This document shows, in pieces, positions 51,491-63,300 of a DNA stretch of 64,000 bases. A program made the translations under genes and the position numbers. Source of the stretch: Marsupella aquatica (lineage: Eukaryota > Plantae > Marchantiophyta); assembly GCA_973895155.1 (NCBI GenBank), contig OZ316893.1, positions 17,242,770 through 17,306,769 on the forward strand, in the 5' to 3' direction. Position 1 is the stretch's first letter. The number at the start of each line of letters is the position of its first letter. The notes under the pieces are model-generated. The model had not been told where the DNA came from, searched no databases, and saw only the letters and a program-made list of their open reading frames with translations.

Positions 51491-52219
51491 GCGGGAAGGA
51501 AAATTGAGCAACACACATCGGGGTTGGGCAATGCTCAGCCAGGCTCCCCTCACCCTAAGTCGCGACGAGAAGGGCCGACTGTTGTTGTTGGGGGCCTAAA
51601 CCGGTTCCGCCTTGTATTTTGCCCCCGAGTACTCCCTGTATTTTGCCCCCAACTTCACAAAAGTCTATGATTTGCCTAAGCCCCATTTTCCTTTGTGAGA
51701 ACCAAAGGACTTAGGCTGACGTTATATGTGGGGTGAGTGGTTATGAAAAAACTTTGAACCACCCCCTTTGGTGAAAAACGGGGCCAAATGGTTAGGTATC
51801 AGTAAACATGACCATTATGAAAAGTATAATTTTTTAGGGTAAGGTATTCAAGACCTGATCATATTGTGAATATGTGTCACATTTAGGTTGGACTTATTGA
51901 TTTTGACAAGCATGCATTGCTTGTAAAAAATATAAAGACAAAGCATTGCATGGACGTACTTATTGAATAAAAGTAGGTGTTAAAATAAGGTCTTGACAAA
52001 CTGAAAAACCATGCGTTATCGTGCAAATCTTGTTTATTTTTTGTCGTGGAAAGGTAGTGATAAGATAATAATTAGTGGCTGCAAATCTGAGTTAAGCAAG
52101 TTTAGAGGAGGTAAGAAAATTAGGATTATCCCAAATGGTATGAGTTGGGTGGGGTCAAATGGCGTTAGATTGTGGAGTTAAACCCTAAAGCTGCACTACA
52201 TATATTCCGCTCTATTGTA

Positions 52220-52425
52220 CACGGAGTCACTTATATAAGTTCATTCTTGTTGGCTTAACTTAGTTAAAGTTATAACTTCCCCAATAGTTATAAAAATGAC
52301 TTCCCCAGGAATACTCCTGAACTAAGCCCACAACTTGTAACTAAAGTGACTCCAACAATCTAGGAGTCATAAATTCTAACCGGTCTCATTGGAGTCACTA
52401 GCGGCAGGGTCTCAAAATGGGTCAG
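52220..52425. repeat. CACTA right subterminal repeats
   Basis: Repeated ggagtcac/gtgactcc/tgactt motifs and ggtctca, matching the left end. Confidence 0.6.
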
Positions 52426-52440
52426 TTTCTTCTAGTGGGA

Positions 52441-53474
52441 GTAATACAGTTATAGGCTGGCGAGGGTTGAGTAACAGAAGCAGTCCTTAATCTATCTACA
52501 ATAGGGAGGATTTCTTCTGGATCACAAGTCAGCATTCTGGACAAACTATCTACTATATCCTGATTAAAAACAGCCTTCCCATCATCAATCAATTTCTCTG
52601 GATGATTATGTTCACTGGCAGGGATAATAGGGAGAGGAGTGTGGTCGGTTGGACTACTATTAGTATGGCAAGGTGTAATCTCAACGTTAGGATTAATATC
52701 CTCATCCATAAGTTCCGGAGTGGGTGGCATGATTTCTTGGTGACTGGCTTCTGATGTTTCCTCCATTCTCAGATCATCGAGTCTTGAATCAGCCTCCGAA
52801 TGTTCCACATCTAATTCCTCCAATAGTGCAATCCTTTTGAGCTTCTCCTGTGGGAGTAGACAGTCTCCATACCAGTAAAGCTGACTGAGGTAAGCTGGGA
52901 GGTATGTAGGCTTTTAATTCTGTACAACATTGATTTGACTGAGGATAGTGTGTCTCAGTAACAATCCCCAATTAACTTCAGCAAGTCCTTTCCATGAAGT
53001 AACAAACGTGTTTGCCAAAGATACAGGTACCATATATGGTCGAGTGGGATGAAAAATTGGTACCAGAAACTCAAGGATGATCTGGAAGGTATAATCAATA
53101 CATTGATTAAGCTTCCATCCAGCTTTTGTATTTCTCGTCCCAGCAAACATTGGATCAGATAAAGTACTCTTTCTAGATTGTAAACCACAGCCTTCTGATG
53201 AACAACTAAAAGCGTCGGCCACGAACTCTAAGTCCTACTTCTCAGGATCTGCTCGAACAGTCTCCTAAAATGCTTCTGGAATTTGTGACCCATCAGCGAA
53301 CTCGCGCAAGTAGGTAGGGCACACAGAAGACCACGGAATGGATAGAAGTTTTCCTAGGTGCATGACTTCTAGAGCATTGGTCAATAACATCAAATCCCTC
53401 TCCAGTGCGGGGTACTTCATTGGTACAGCTCTAGGAACAGGGAAGTCGCAACTACTCTCATCCACGCCCGCCAT
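52441..53474 (-). pseudogene. Accessory ORF of solo LTR 3, N-terminal part (plant-mobile-domain-like)
   Basis: MAGVDESSC..LLSIPW..YLREF..VADAF..FAGTRNTKAGW..C..ILEFLVPIFHP; stops and frameshifts. Confidence 0.75.
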
Positions 53475-54001
53475 GGCAAGTTGTAGCTACGGTTCTTGAA
53501 GTTGAGTCACTATTGCTACAGAAATCTAAGTCGCAAAACATTGGGGCGTATTGGCGTGATCGCGCATGAGCGTATAAATGTCACAGCGCTCAAGCGTCTC
53601 TTCGTATGGGCGTGAACGTCGAGGCCTTTGGTAGCAAACAGGGAAGTGAAAATGTTCGTCGCGAGCAGGTGGTCCAGTAAGTCACTCTGTCACTCCCTCC
53701 TCATCGTCAACGGTTACTTTCAGTTACCGGCAGGGTGGGCTGTGTATAAGCGTCTGGGCGCATCAGCGCATAAGCCTCTATGTGTCTGAGCGCATTAGCG
53801 GATTAGCTGCTACTGTGACTCCGATTTGACATGGCTGTAAAATGAACTAGTTTTAGGAGACTACAGGGATGTACTTGAGGATGGCTTAACTACTCTAATG
53901 CTCCTAATTAATATAGATAACCTGAGTTGAATCACTACTTATCTTAAAAAGTTGAAAAGTTTTAAATTTTCACAGAAATTCCGAATAACTGCTATATCTC
54001 A

Positions 54002-56479
54002 ACATGTTTGACTAAGAGGGAACGACCGGTAAATGAAAGCATCTTGTTTGTCCAAGTGGACAGACGAGCACCAACTTTGTCTAAACAGAATTTATGGAGT
54101 TGTTTCGTCCGCAATCCAACACTTAGCGGGGCCCCAAGATACTTCTGCACCTCACCTCCCCTACTCTCCAGACACCCATACTCAATAAGCCACCCAGGGG
54201 GATGGTCCAAGGCCAGCGGGATCACAACAGATTTCTGCAAATTTAGTCGTGCCCCCGAAGCCAGCTCATAACATGACAACGCCGAGGTAGCCTCCTTGAA
54301 GGCAAACTCAAAGGCAGGGATAAACATTCCCACATCATCCGCAAATAACTGGTAACAGATTGTCAGTCCCTCATAAATTCTAATACCGCTCAACCTACCC
54401 CAAGCCATCTCCGCATCCAGAAAGTCCATCAGTAGTTGCGTTGAGATCACAAAGAGCAAGGGCAATAGGGGACATCCTTGGCCGACTCCCCGTTGCAATT
54501 CAATAGGTCCAGAGCAGAAACCGTTCACAAGAATCTGTGAGGAGGCCTGGCTAAGAAGAGCTTGGAATAGCTTAATGACCCTGCCACTAATGCCCAGCAA
54601 GTGCATTGTCTCCCAAATATACTCGTGATTGACTCTATGAAAGGCTTTTTCAAAGTCCAACTTCAGAAAAAGTGCTTCTTTCTTCTGGCTGTGCACCCAG
54701 TCACAAGCCATCCATCCTAGGGAGATGTTCTCTAGTATGTGACGGCCAGGGATAAATCCAGTCTGTTGTGGACTAATCATTTGTTGCAATAGTGGTTTCA
54801 GTCGAAGAGCCAGAATTTTGGCAATGATCTTATACACTGTGTTTAGCATTGTGAGTGGTTGCCAGTCTTTAAGGAACCGTTTGTCTGGTTTCTTGGGAAT
54901 GAATTGATAATCCCCTCCTTGACCCCCCTATCCAGATCACCAGACAACCAGAAAGCTTGAATCATTTCCACTAAGTCCAAACCAATAAAGTCCCAGCAGG
55001 CCCGGTACACCTCCGCTGTCAATCCATCCGGTCCAAGGGATTTGTCCCCCGGTAACAGCCATAAAACTTCTTTTACTTCCTTCAACGAGGGCAGGGTCTC
55101 CATCCGCCTGATCTCCCCTGCCGAAAAAGACCCCCTTGTATGTTGCAGCAGCCTGGACCGTTCCCTAAGTTGCTCCGCCCTTACCTCCTGGGTGACAGCA
55201 GGAGGTGAGTATAAGGCCAAGCACATTAATTGAACCTCCTTCAAGATAAGCCTGGGCTCCGTTACCACAGTTCCATCCTCCCTAATCAACAGCTTCATTG
55301 CTTCCCATGCTCGTTTCGCACCGACCATGGCAAAGAAGAATTTTGTAGATTGGTCCCCTTCTCCGAGCCATTTCACCCGGGCTAATCTGCAACCTCTATT
55401 GGCCTCCTCAAATTCTGAAGCGTGCAGTGCATCCTCCATAAACACATAGTCACAGATATCAGACTCAGTCTGTGTGTCCAAAATAGCCGTTTTAAGCGCC
55501 TGCAGTTTCGCTCTTAGAAATGCCAATTCTTCCTCCGCCTCCTTTGGGCGCTCCTGAAGCTCTTTGTATGTGCTTCTCAATTGCAAACTGGCCTTGGCAA
55601 AACAAAGAATAGGATCCACAAACCCTCGCCTTCCCTCCCGCCAGGCCCTTTCTAGCTGATCCAAGTCCTCCTTTCGCCTAAGAAGAGCCGGATTGGCCTT
55701 AAAAAATCTTGCCTTACCTCTCTCTCCTGCTGAACCGGTCCCCATCAGCCAAATCTTGAGCAAGACCGGGTCATGATCCAAGAGAGCCGATCCTCCATCA
55801 TGCCGCAGCTCCACAAGTTCCCCCAGCCACCAACCATTGCCACTGATGTAATACCGATCAAGACGGGATTGTCTCCATGCCCCATTCCACAATCTTTGCC
55901 AGGTAAATCTCGCCCCCACTGCCCCACCTTTAAGTATAAATGCATTTTCCAAGTCAAATCAAACTTTAGAAATCGCCAAAACTCAGCCTCCCGGCCCCCA
56001 ATGAGAGATGAGCTGCCCATTGCATCCTCCCTAAGTTCAGTCATGTTAAAATCCCCACAAAATATCCAATTCACGGCGGGTAGCCCACACTTGAGGTCGT
56101 ACCACAACACAACTCGCTCTTGAGCTGAATTAGGAGCATAAATTGACACCAAACCCATCATACCTCCCTCTGTCTCCAATATCACCCAAACTGCTCTTCC
56201 CCGTTCCAGTTGCCCCGATTCCACCACCTTCAAATTTGGGTGTACCAGAAGAGCAGTGCCTCCCCTACCTTCGTCAGGTGCCGCAGACAAAAATTGGTAA
56301 GTTGGGAGGATGGCTCTCAAAGCCATGTCAAGCCAAAATTGTTTGGCTTTCACCTCTTGGAGCGCCAAAACACTTAATGGTGCCCGCACTGATTTGACCT
56401 AGTGCTTAACTACATGTTTCCGATTTGTCTCACATAACCCGCACACATTCCACAACGCAATTGAAAGCAGCTCACCCAT
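54002..56479 (-). pseudogene. LINE ORF2 N-terminal part: AP endonuclease and reverse transcriptase
   Basis: WNVCGL, LALQEVK, SIYAPN, GDFN, SRLDRYY, DHDPV, GPDGL, QQTGFIPGR, KLDFEKAF, LFADD; frameshifts. Confidence 0.93.
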
Positions 56480-58660
56480 CCTGCCCCCCAACTCACTCCG
56501 TTGGGCCCACTTCCCTCTCAAGTGCCAATCTTTTAAATACGAGCACATCGCCCTGAGGACATCTCGGTATCCGATAAACCTTTGGGGCTGCTAGATACCA
56601 GAACCACAGGGTTCAGTTGAAGCAAGCCCCCTGGTTAAACGCAAGGATCCCCCGCTTTACTCCCCCCCCCTCTCCCATCTTTCAACTCGCTCCAAGCTCT
56701 TGTGACCCTCGAGACGTCTGTCCCCGCCTCCTGCGTCAGACAAACATCCACGTGAGAAGCTCAGGGAACATTGTTTTTTGGATTTGCCTTTGATTTTGTC
56801 CTTTGTAGCCAAGGGAGGAGTTCAAAGTTCCTGTTTTTATGCTCGCGCCTTAAGTTTGCTATTGGAGATGTAAGTCTCATATTCTGACATCTCGGCGTCA
56901 GAATCCCCATGGTATGAGAATGCTTTGCCCCCTGCCTCCCCGCCAATAGAGTCCAAGACCTGGAGCTGTCAATAGAGTCCAAGACCCGGAGCTGTCCCGC
57001 GTTCCCCAACAACTCTCTCACCGGGGGAGCATAACTCATAGCATGCACATCAAGCCTTGACCCAACTTGGCCTGACTCACTCCGACAAGCAAGCGGATAA
57101 GCCACCACCACTAGATCCGCCACTACAGTCCCAACCACCATCGGAGGAAGCAAGTCCACTTTTGTCATCGTTATCATGCCAGCAATCGCCTTGTTGGTCT
57201 TAGGAATCAATTGTTGAGAGAAAGAGGCCAAAATCCGTTAATTGATCTGATTGTTCTCTGTGATCAGACGCTCAATCTCAAGCTCAATCTGCACCATATC
57301 GGCCTCCACAGCATTTGTAAGAGTATTGTCCTTCAACAAAGCTCTAGCCTCTCTGAACTCTTCTCTGGCCTTGGCATTATCCAGAGCCTGTTGCACCTCC
57401 TCAGCATCCACCTCGGAGTGGCGTTCGTTATCCTTCTTCATCAGGAATCTCATCTTCAAGTACCTCTGGCACCTCCTTTACAACTTCCTCATTGCAGTTC
57501 CGAGCCAGATGACCCTTCTTGTTGCATTTATAGCAATGATAAGGGATATTACAAAAGGTCACAGGTTGCCATATCACAATATCCTCCCGAATTCTCACTC
57601 TCACACTAGCCGGAACCTCCCTATCCGTGTCCCAAAGAATGCAAGCACGATCATGGGGGAAGGAGCTAAATTGATCTCCCTGGATATAATATAGTAGAGT
57701 TCCAAGAGTGCTCACAATCTGTCTCCTGCATCCCTCCAGAGCAAGATCCCGAATGGGAAGCTCAATCCAGACCGGCAGCTTGGTAAATGTCTCATTTTTA
57801 ATATCGAAGGAGGGGTCCCACGGGAAAGTGTACACATATCGCCGGTCCATAAACCAGGGAGCCAAATTAAGCGCCATGTCCCTATGATCAGGATGCTCAA
57901 AGACAATCATATAGAATCCCTTTCCAACAAATTTAACTTGGAGAACCAGCCAGTTCCCTTGGCTCATCATCTCCTCCACCCAATCTCAAAATACCTGCAG
58001 TAGTGGCAGTCTATCTGTGAAGAAGCACAACATTGCACAATTATACAGTTGTTTGACATTCAGCAAAGCTTCCGTCATGTTGCATTCTAATGTTGTGTAC
58101 AGCTTCTTATCAAGGTTCCTCTTGGATCGTAGAGCAATGTTCTTTAGAATTCTCACACAAGCTTCAGATGTCTCCTCCACCGCTAGCTCCGGCCTCTCTT
58201 CCTGCTCCACTCCCCGCAATCCTTCATCTCTCCTTCTAGCACTCAAATTTGCTTTGTTATGCCCCCCTTCCAACTGTGTTCTCCCTTGCTCCAAATTCTC
58301 CACCTCCATCTGATCCCCCCATGCTTGCAGCGCTTGCGAGTCCCCAATAACTTTGCTCCCGTTGTCTACAATGCCTTCACCCCCCCTTAGCGGGATTTCC
58401 CTCCTTTCCTCGTCACCCCAACGAGCATCTTGCGTAGAGTAGCGATTCCCCTGTCTCCCCTGCCCAATGCCCGATTGCTCCCAGGCATGTCTGTCCCCGG
58501 ACACGCGAAGGGTGCCACACTGCAATTCCGCAAGCAGGTCCACAGGATGCTCCCCACGCTCCAGCAATGCTCTACCATGCGTATTAAGGCGACCCCCCCC
58601 CCGAGAACCTCTAACACGAACCAGAGGCTCCACAATGCCATAGTAGTCCATCACTTCCAC
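56480..58660 (-). pseudogene. LINE ORF1 (DUF4283-like domain and zinc knuckle), decayed
   Basis: VGKGFYMIVF..APWFMDRR..LPVWIELP..CYKCNKKGHLARNC; stop at 57986-57988 and later frameshifts. Confidence 0.8.
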
Positions 58661-59093
58661 CTCTCACCCATCAATCCCGATTGAGCAACAACAGAAATGC
58701 AACCAGGTTTACATATGTTCAAACTTGCCAGACTTACCTTTTGCGAGCAGTGGGCGGCCAAACAGTATCCTTCCCCCTGCTGCCTTTCTTCCCGTGTGCC
58801 GCAGTGAATTGCTCAACCACGATAACAGTGTATCCTAGTGTGGCAGCCCACAATATTCCTATTACTCAATCCTCCCTCCTCCTCTCTATCACCCTCATGG
58901 TTAGCAGCCAAGATCCATGCCCATAGCCCAGCACCAAGTAATGGCTTAACCTTCTCCCCCGCGGTACCGCTTCTCCCTGATTCCTCAACCAATCCGTCCC
59001 GCAAAAAATTCCATGGAGCAATGACAATGCTTCATCGCATCATCTTGAACCGACAACAATCTCCCCTCCTTATTAGAACCCCCCTCAAGTCCG

Positions 59094-59176
59094 TGCCCGT
59101 GCTCGTAATGAGTAATCCTAACCACGCACTGCCCGTGCTCGTAATGAGTAATCCTAACCACGCACTGCCCGTGCTC
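59094..59176. repeat. 36-bp tandem repeat (2.3 copies) in the LINE 5' region
   Basis: tgcccgtgctcgtaatgagtaatcctaaccacgcac twice plus a partial copy. Confidence 0.9.
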
Positions 59177-59866
59177 CTTTGAATTCTTGGATTCGCGTAA
59201 ACCACTAGCGACCATCATGTTGTCCGTCATGATCAAGCAGAGTAAGCCTCTTCCATGGATATGACATGCTTTATGACGATTATTGAGGAATACACCAAAG
59301 GGGTAATCCACAGGAGTCCTAGTGCAGCACCCCAGAGCCCCACGCATCAATGACCTCCTCTAGACCGCATCCTTTTGCATAGCAAAGGCGAGGCAGCAAG
59401 CATCCGGCCTTCCTTGCCACATCTTGTCCTATCTTGCTCAAACTATCCTCCGCTCAAACTCTCCTCCGATGTGATTCCAATGCAATGCCACCGCCAATAA
59501 TTGCCACTGAGGGAGAATTGTTTCCGCACCACCCCAATTAACAGAGCCCAGTCCCCCCAAGTCTGATTCCATAGACATCGACGCACGGTCGCCTCCTCAA
59601 TCAACCCTAAATCCTCAGACCCCGCTCAAGAGCGGATCCCCAACATGGCGATGTTGAGAGCACGCCAAAACAACCTCATTCAAGAGCTGGTGTGCCTCAC
59701 ATTCCACTCCACTCCCCTCGAGAATCAATGCCCGCACTCGGTCCAACATGGAAGGGTCCAAACCTCTCAAGAGAGAGCACAAGTCAGTGCCGCCCTAGCG
59801 CCTTCCAAGCTTCTGTCAGTTCCCCTTTAAGTGTGTTTTTGGTTCTTCATGAAAAACTACAGGATG

Positions 59867-61331
59867 TTCCCTAGGTCATCAACTAAAGATGCATCAGATG
59901 GATGTCGTAACAACATACTTATATGGATTACTGGATACTACCATATACATGAAAGCACCCCCAAAATTAATAAAGAGATAGACATACCAAATTCAGGGGG
60001 AGCATAAGACAAAGCAAAACCCATCAACATCCACATCTCTACCTTATACCACAAAAAGACCCTAGGAAGGGAAAACAGGGCATTGTGGACCTATAGTCCA
60101 TCAAACAGCATGGAGTGGACCTATTGTCCTTCCTAAGAGCGGACCTATTGTCCCTCCAATACATAAATCCATGCCTCTGGCCAAGGATGGATATGCTGTC
60201 CAGATCATGAGATCCTTATATGGACTAAAGCAAAGCAAAAGAATATGGTATCAGAGATTTAGAGATGAAATGTTGAATATGGATTTTACTAATGAAGATA
60301 TTGCTCCTTGTTTATTCATTAAAAAACACGATGAGGAATTTTTAATAATCGCCATCTATGTAGATGACATCAACCTATTTGGACACCTAAACTTATTACA
60401 ACACACCATCAAGATACTAAACCGTGTATTTGAGATGAAAGACTTAGGCCAAACCCACTATTGTTTGGGCCTACAGTTCGAACACCTACCTGATGGTATA
60501 CTTTTACACTAGAGCACTTACACTACAAAAATCCTCAAACAATTCAACATGGACAAGGCGCATCCTCTAACTTCTCCTATGGAAGTACGATCTCTAGACA
60601 AAGACAAGGATGCATTCAGGAAGAGAAAAGAAAATGAACCACTACTCGGTCCTGAAAAAGCATACTTATCAGCAATAGGAGCACTCATGTTCCTAGCCAA
60701 CCAGACACGACCAGACATTTCTTTTGCAGTAAACCTACTAGCTAGACACAGTGCACAACCTACCATACGCCACTAGAATGGCATAAAAAGAATAATGTGT
60801 TACCTTCAAGGGACTATTGATATGGGACTATATTTCCCTAATAACACTAATAAGACCTTAATAGGCTACATGGACGCCGGATATTTATCAGACCCAAACG
60901 ACGCTAAATCAGACTGGTTACGTATTTTTATATCATACTACAGCCATTTCCTGGAAAAGCACTAAACAAACACTAACATGCACTTCATCTAACCATGCCA
61001 AGATTATTGCATTATATGAAGCTAGCAGAGAGTGTATTTGGCTAAGAAGAGTAATCGACCATATTAATACAAACTGCGGCCTACCAGCACTAACCAAACC
61101 TACTACACTATTTGAAGACAATCAAGCATGTGTTGAGCAGGTCTCGAAAGGATTCATCAAAGGAGACCGCATCAAGCATATCGCACCAAAATTCTTCTTC
61201 ACCCACGAACAACAAGGAGACACCATTCAAGTGAAGATGATTGCGAGCAGATTTATTCACAAAAGCCTTGACTCCAGCACTTCATACTATTCATTGTCAA
61301 GGCATAGGCTTACGCGGACTATCAAAACTTA
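59867..61331 (+). pseudogene. pol: Bianca-like pol, part 2 (RT and RNase H)
   Basis: MDVVTTYLYG, RSLYGLKQS, IYVDDINL, FEMKDLG, YLSAIGALMFLAN, TSSNHA, KHIAPKFFFTHE. Confidence 0.9.
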
Positions 61332-61541
61332 GAGATTAAAAATAATACTTAACTCTAGATAGCCATAAACTTTTGTACTCTTATTTGTAAAGGTGGTTGT
61401 ACTCTCTCCCTCGTAGGAGTATGAGGCTTTTAATGAGGCAACACCTCCATAAGAACAAAGTACAAAACATAAGACTTTTGTTGGAGGACTTAACTAGTAT
61501 AAAGTTGCTTGCATTACTCCCATAATACAATCAAGGGGGAG

Positions 61542-61740
61542 TGTTATGACACCATAGTTAAATCCCAACCTAACCATGGTTGGAAACCTTGTAACCCTTC
61601 ACACCATATATATATACATTTGAGGGAGAAGTTGGATACAGTTGGAGATTATTACACAACATGTTACAATTAATTAGGAGAGCCCCCAATTCTTTTGTAT
61701 TCTTGTCTTATTATAGCTCACTTTTTTGAATCTCACTACA
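61542..61740 (+). repeat. Probable 3' LTR of the Bianca-like copia; right end uncertain
   Basis: PPT aagggggag (61533-61541), then TGTTATG; TATATATA at ~61606; candidate end CACTACA. Confidence 0.55.
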
Positions 61741-62221
61741 TCAATGGATAGCTTGATGACTTGGGTTAGGGCTTGTCTCTTGATCTCCCCTACTTTGACG
61801 GTTGCTTTTAAGCCTGTTGTCAATTGCTTCCTGAGGGGTTGGGAGTCCTCTCATTGCCTCACAGGTTGCCACCTCCAGTTTCACTCTGTTGCTGGAAAAA
61901 ATCCCGACATACCTCTCAATTGACCAACCTAATCTTCTTTTGGCATGATAGTTGATAGAGATTTACTCAGTGCTTGTAGAAGGTTTATTATCTCAAGGAC
62001 AATCCTCACCTTGGCAGACCTAGCAAACCATGTGAAAGGGATAATAACCATTGAACAAATTCATGGGATGCCTTGATTGACCAGGAACGCAGTTGAGCAT
62101 TTGACACCACTACTCATACTATAACTCACTGATTTATAATCACTTCCAGCCCAGGGGCCCACTGACAGGAAAGTTGCATAAGTCTAATGGGTGAGGATGG
62201 AAATGGCACAAGGTAGAAATG

Positions 62222-62580
62222 GGGTATTTACAAACGACAGGAAATAGGAAACAGTAACAGGAAAGTGGGTGGTAATTTTTTTGGATTTTTTTTTGGATTT
62301 TTTTTGGATTTTTTTTTGGAAAATGTTTTTTTGGGGAAAAAAAGTTTTTTTGTTTTGGTTTGTCATCATCATATTGCTAGCGCCCGGAGCTAACAATAGC
62401 AGCGCTTGGCGCTCGCAAAAAAAACCCATGATTTTAATTATTTTGAAAAATAAGATTTTAAATGGTACATTTTTAGATCGTGTTTTTTACTGGTAATAGT
62501 AAAATTTTCCTGGTAACAGGAAACTTTTTGCTGGTACCAGTAATCATGTTTTCCTGTTTCCTGTCTCGGTGGTGATGCCC
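62222..62580. mobile_element. Mutator-like MITE (359 bp)
   Basis: 9-bp TSD gtagaaatg (62213-62221 and 62581-62589); imperfect TIRs ggg..gacaggaaataggaaa / tttcctgtttcctgtc..ccc. Confidence 0.8.
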
Positions 62581-62739
62581 GTAGAAATGAGGATGGAACC
62601 TTTCAACCAAAATGTGGGCCACAATATTGCACCAGCAACTCCCACTGCAAAACTCAACCATGGGTGGTTCTCTTGTGATTCTCACTTGATCTAAAGGAGC
62701 TGTTGGATTCATGGGAAGGTTGGTCTTCTCCTAGTGTTA

Positions 62740-63300
62740 AACAATAAACTGGATTTTGGAAGGTGATCTATGCTAGGTTGTGCTCCAATTTGCAATTGTG
62801 AGTGGGATGTGAGTGATGGTCTATGCATTGCCTGCCAATGGAACATTGTAACGATCAAACAGATGTTTTATGACTGCCCACAAATTACACCCCACTATCC
62901 TAAACTTGAACACATTGCAGAGGGCAACCTACTCAACAAAGCAATGTTCAGGATACTCAAATCATCACACTTATTCATTACCTGAAAAATTTAGTCACAT
63001 CATTTTTGCTTTGCTTCCGTAATAATTTGAAATTTGTCTTTACAGATTAACACACGATACTTCATAAAGCTCATCCACAATTCTCCTTTTCTCCCTGAAC
63101 TATTCTATCATCCAAGCGTTCAAGAATCTCCACTCAATAGCCTTCGTGTACATCTCACAAGTTTCTCCCAAATTCATCACTTTGTAGCCTCAACTCAATC
63201 TTTTCAGACCTACACATTCTCCTTTCTCAAATTGACACAACTACATTATAAGGTGCATTTACGTAGAAGATGAAGATGCTAAGCCCGACGTCTCCTTGCC
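62740..63300 (+). mobile_element. Possible decayed 3' fragment of another LINE (zf-RVT-like)
   Basis: WKVIYA..WDVSDGLCIAC..TIKQMFYDC resembles the L1 ORF2 C-terminal zinc-binding region; borders unclear. Confidence 0.35.

Larger units (their letters stand above)
34212..52437 (-). mobile_element. CACTA (En/Spm) DNA transposon, 18,226 bp
   Basis: TIRs CACTAGAAGAA / TTCTTCTAGTG, 3-bp TSD GGA (34209-34211 and 52438-52440), TnpD- and TnpA-like genes, subterminal repeats. Confidence 0.96.
31291..54001 (-). mobile_element. Solo-LTR-like unit 3 (~4.48 kb without the CACTA): 54001-52438 plus 34208-31291
   Basis: TGAGATA...GATACTACA on - strand, TSD ACATG (31286-31290 and 54002-54006); reverse-complement similarity to unit 2. 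Confidence 0.85.
27866..59823 (-). mobile_element. Full-length L1-type LINE (~7.5 kb without nested insertions): 59823-54002, 31285-29718, 27942-27866
   Basis: 17-bp TSD cctttaagtgtgttttt (27849-27865 and 59824-59840); ORF1 and ORF2; ORF2 rejoins as LLVKHV/LQTIPIY across TSD ACATG. Confidence 0.9.
23913..59861 (+). mobile_element. Solo-LTR-like unit 1 (~3.97 kb: 23913-27865 plus 59841-59861), split by the LINE
   Basis: TGTAAG...ACTACA ends, TSD GGATG (23908-23912 and 59862-59866), no gag/pol; 3' region similar to units 2 and 3 (gggaacgaataccgagttt). Confidence 0.8.
4877..61740 (+). mobile_element. Degenerate Ty1/copia (Bianca-like) in three pieces: 4877-5512, 21371-23912 and 59867-~61740
   Basis: The pieces rejoin across the TSDs CTTTT (HGTF/LEQ) and GGATG (RYLVGC/SLGHQLKMHQMDV). 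gag YNSELFR/KYSELIAHMLLAE with an RG-rich tract and PR RNLISFKDIRDNGFHI resemble Bianca. Confidence 0.8.

Noticed and set aside
62269-62496. Hydrophobic 75-aa ORF suggesting a membrane peptide
   Set aside because: It comes from T-rich (ttttttgga)n low-complexity sequence inside the MITE.
61741-62730. Possible decayed coding sequence around the Mutator-like MITE
   Set aside because: No sustained frame or recognisable motif on either strand.
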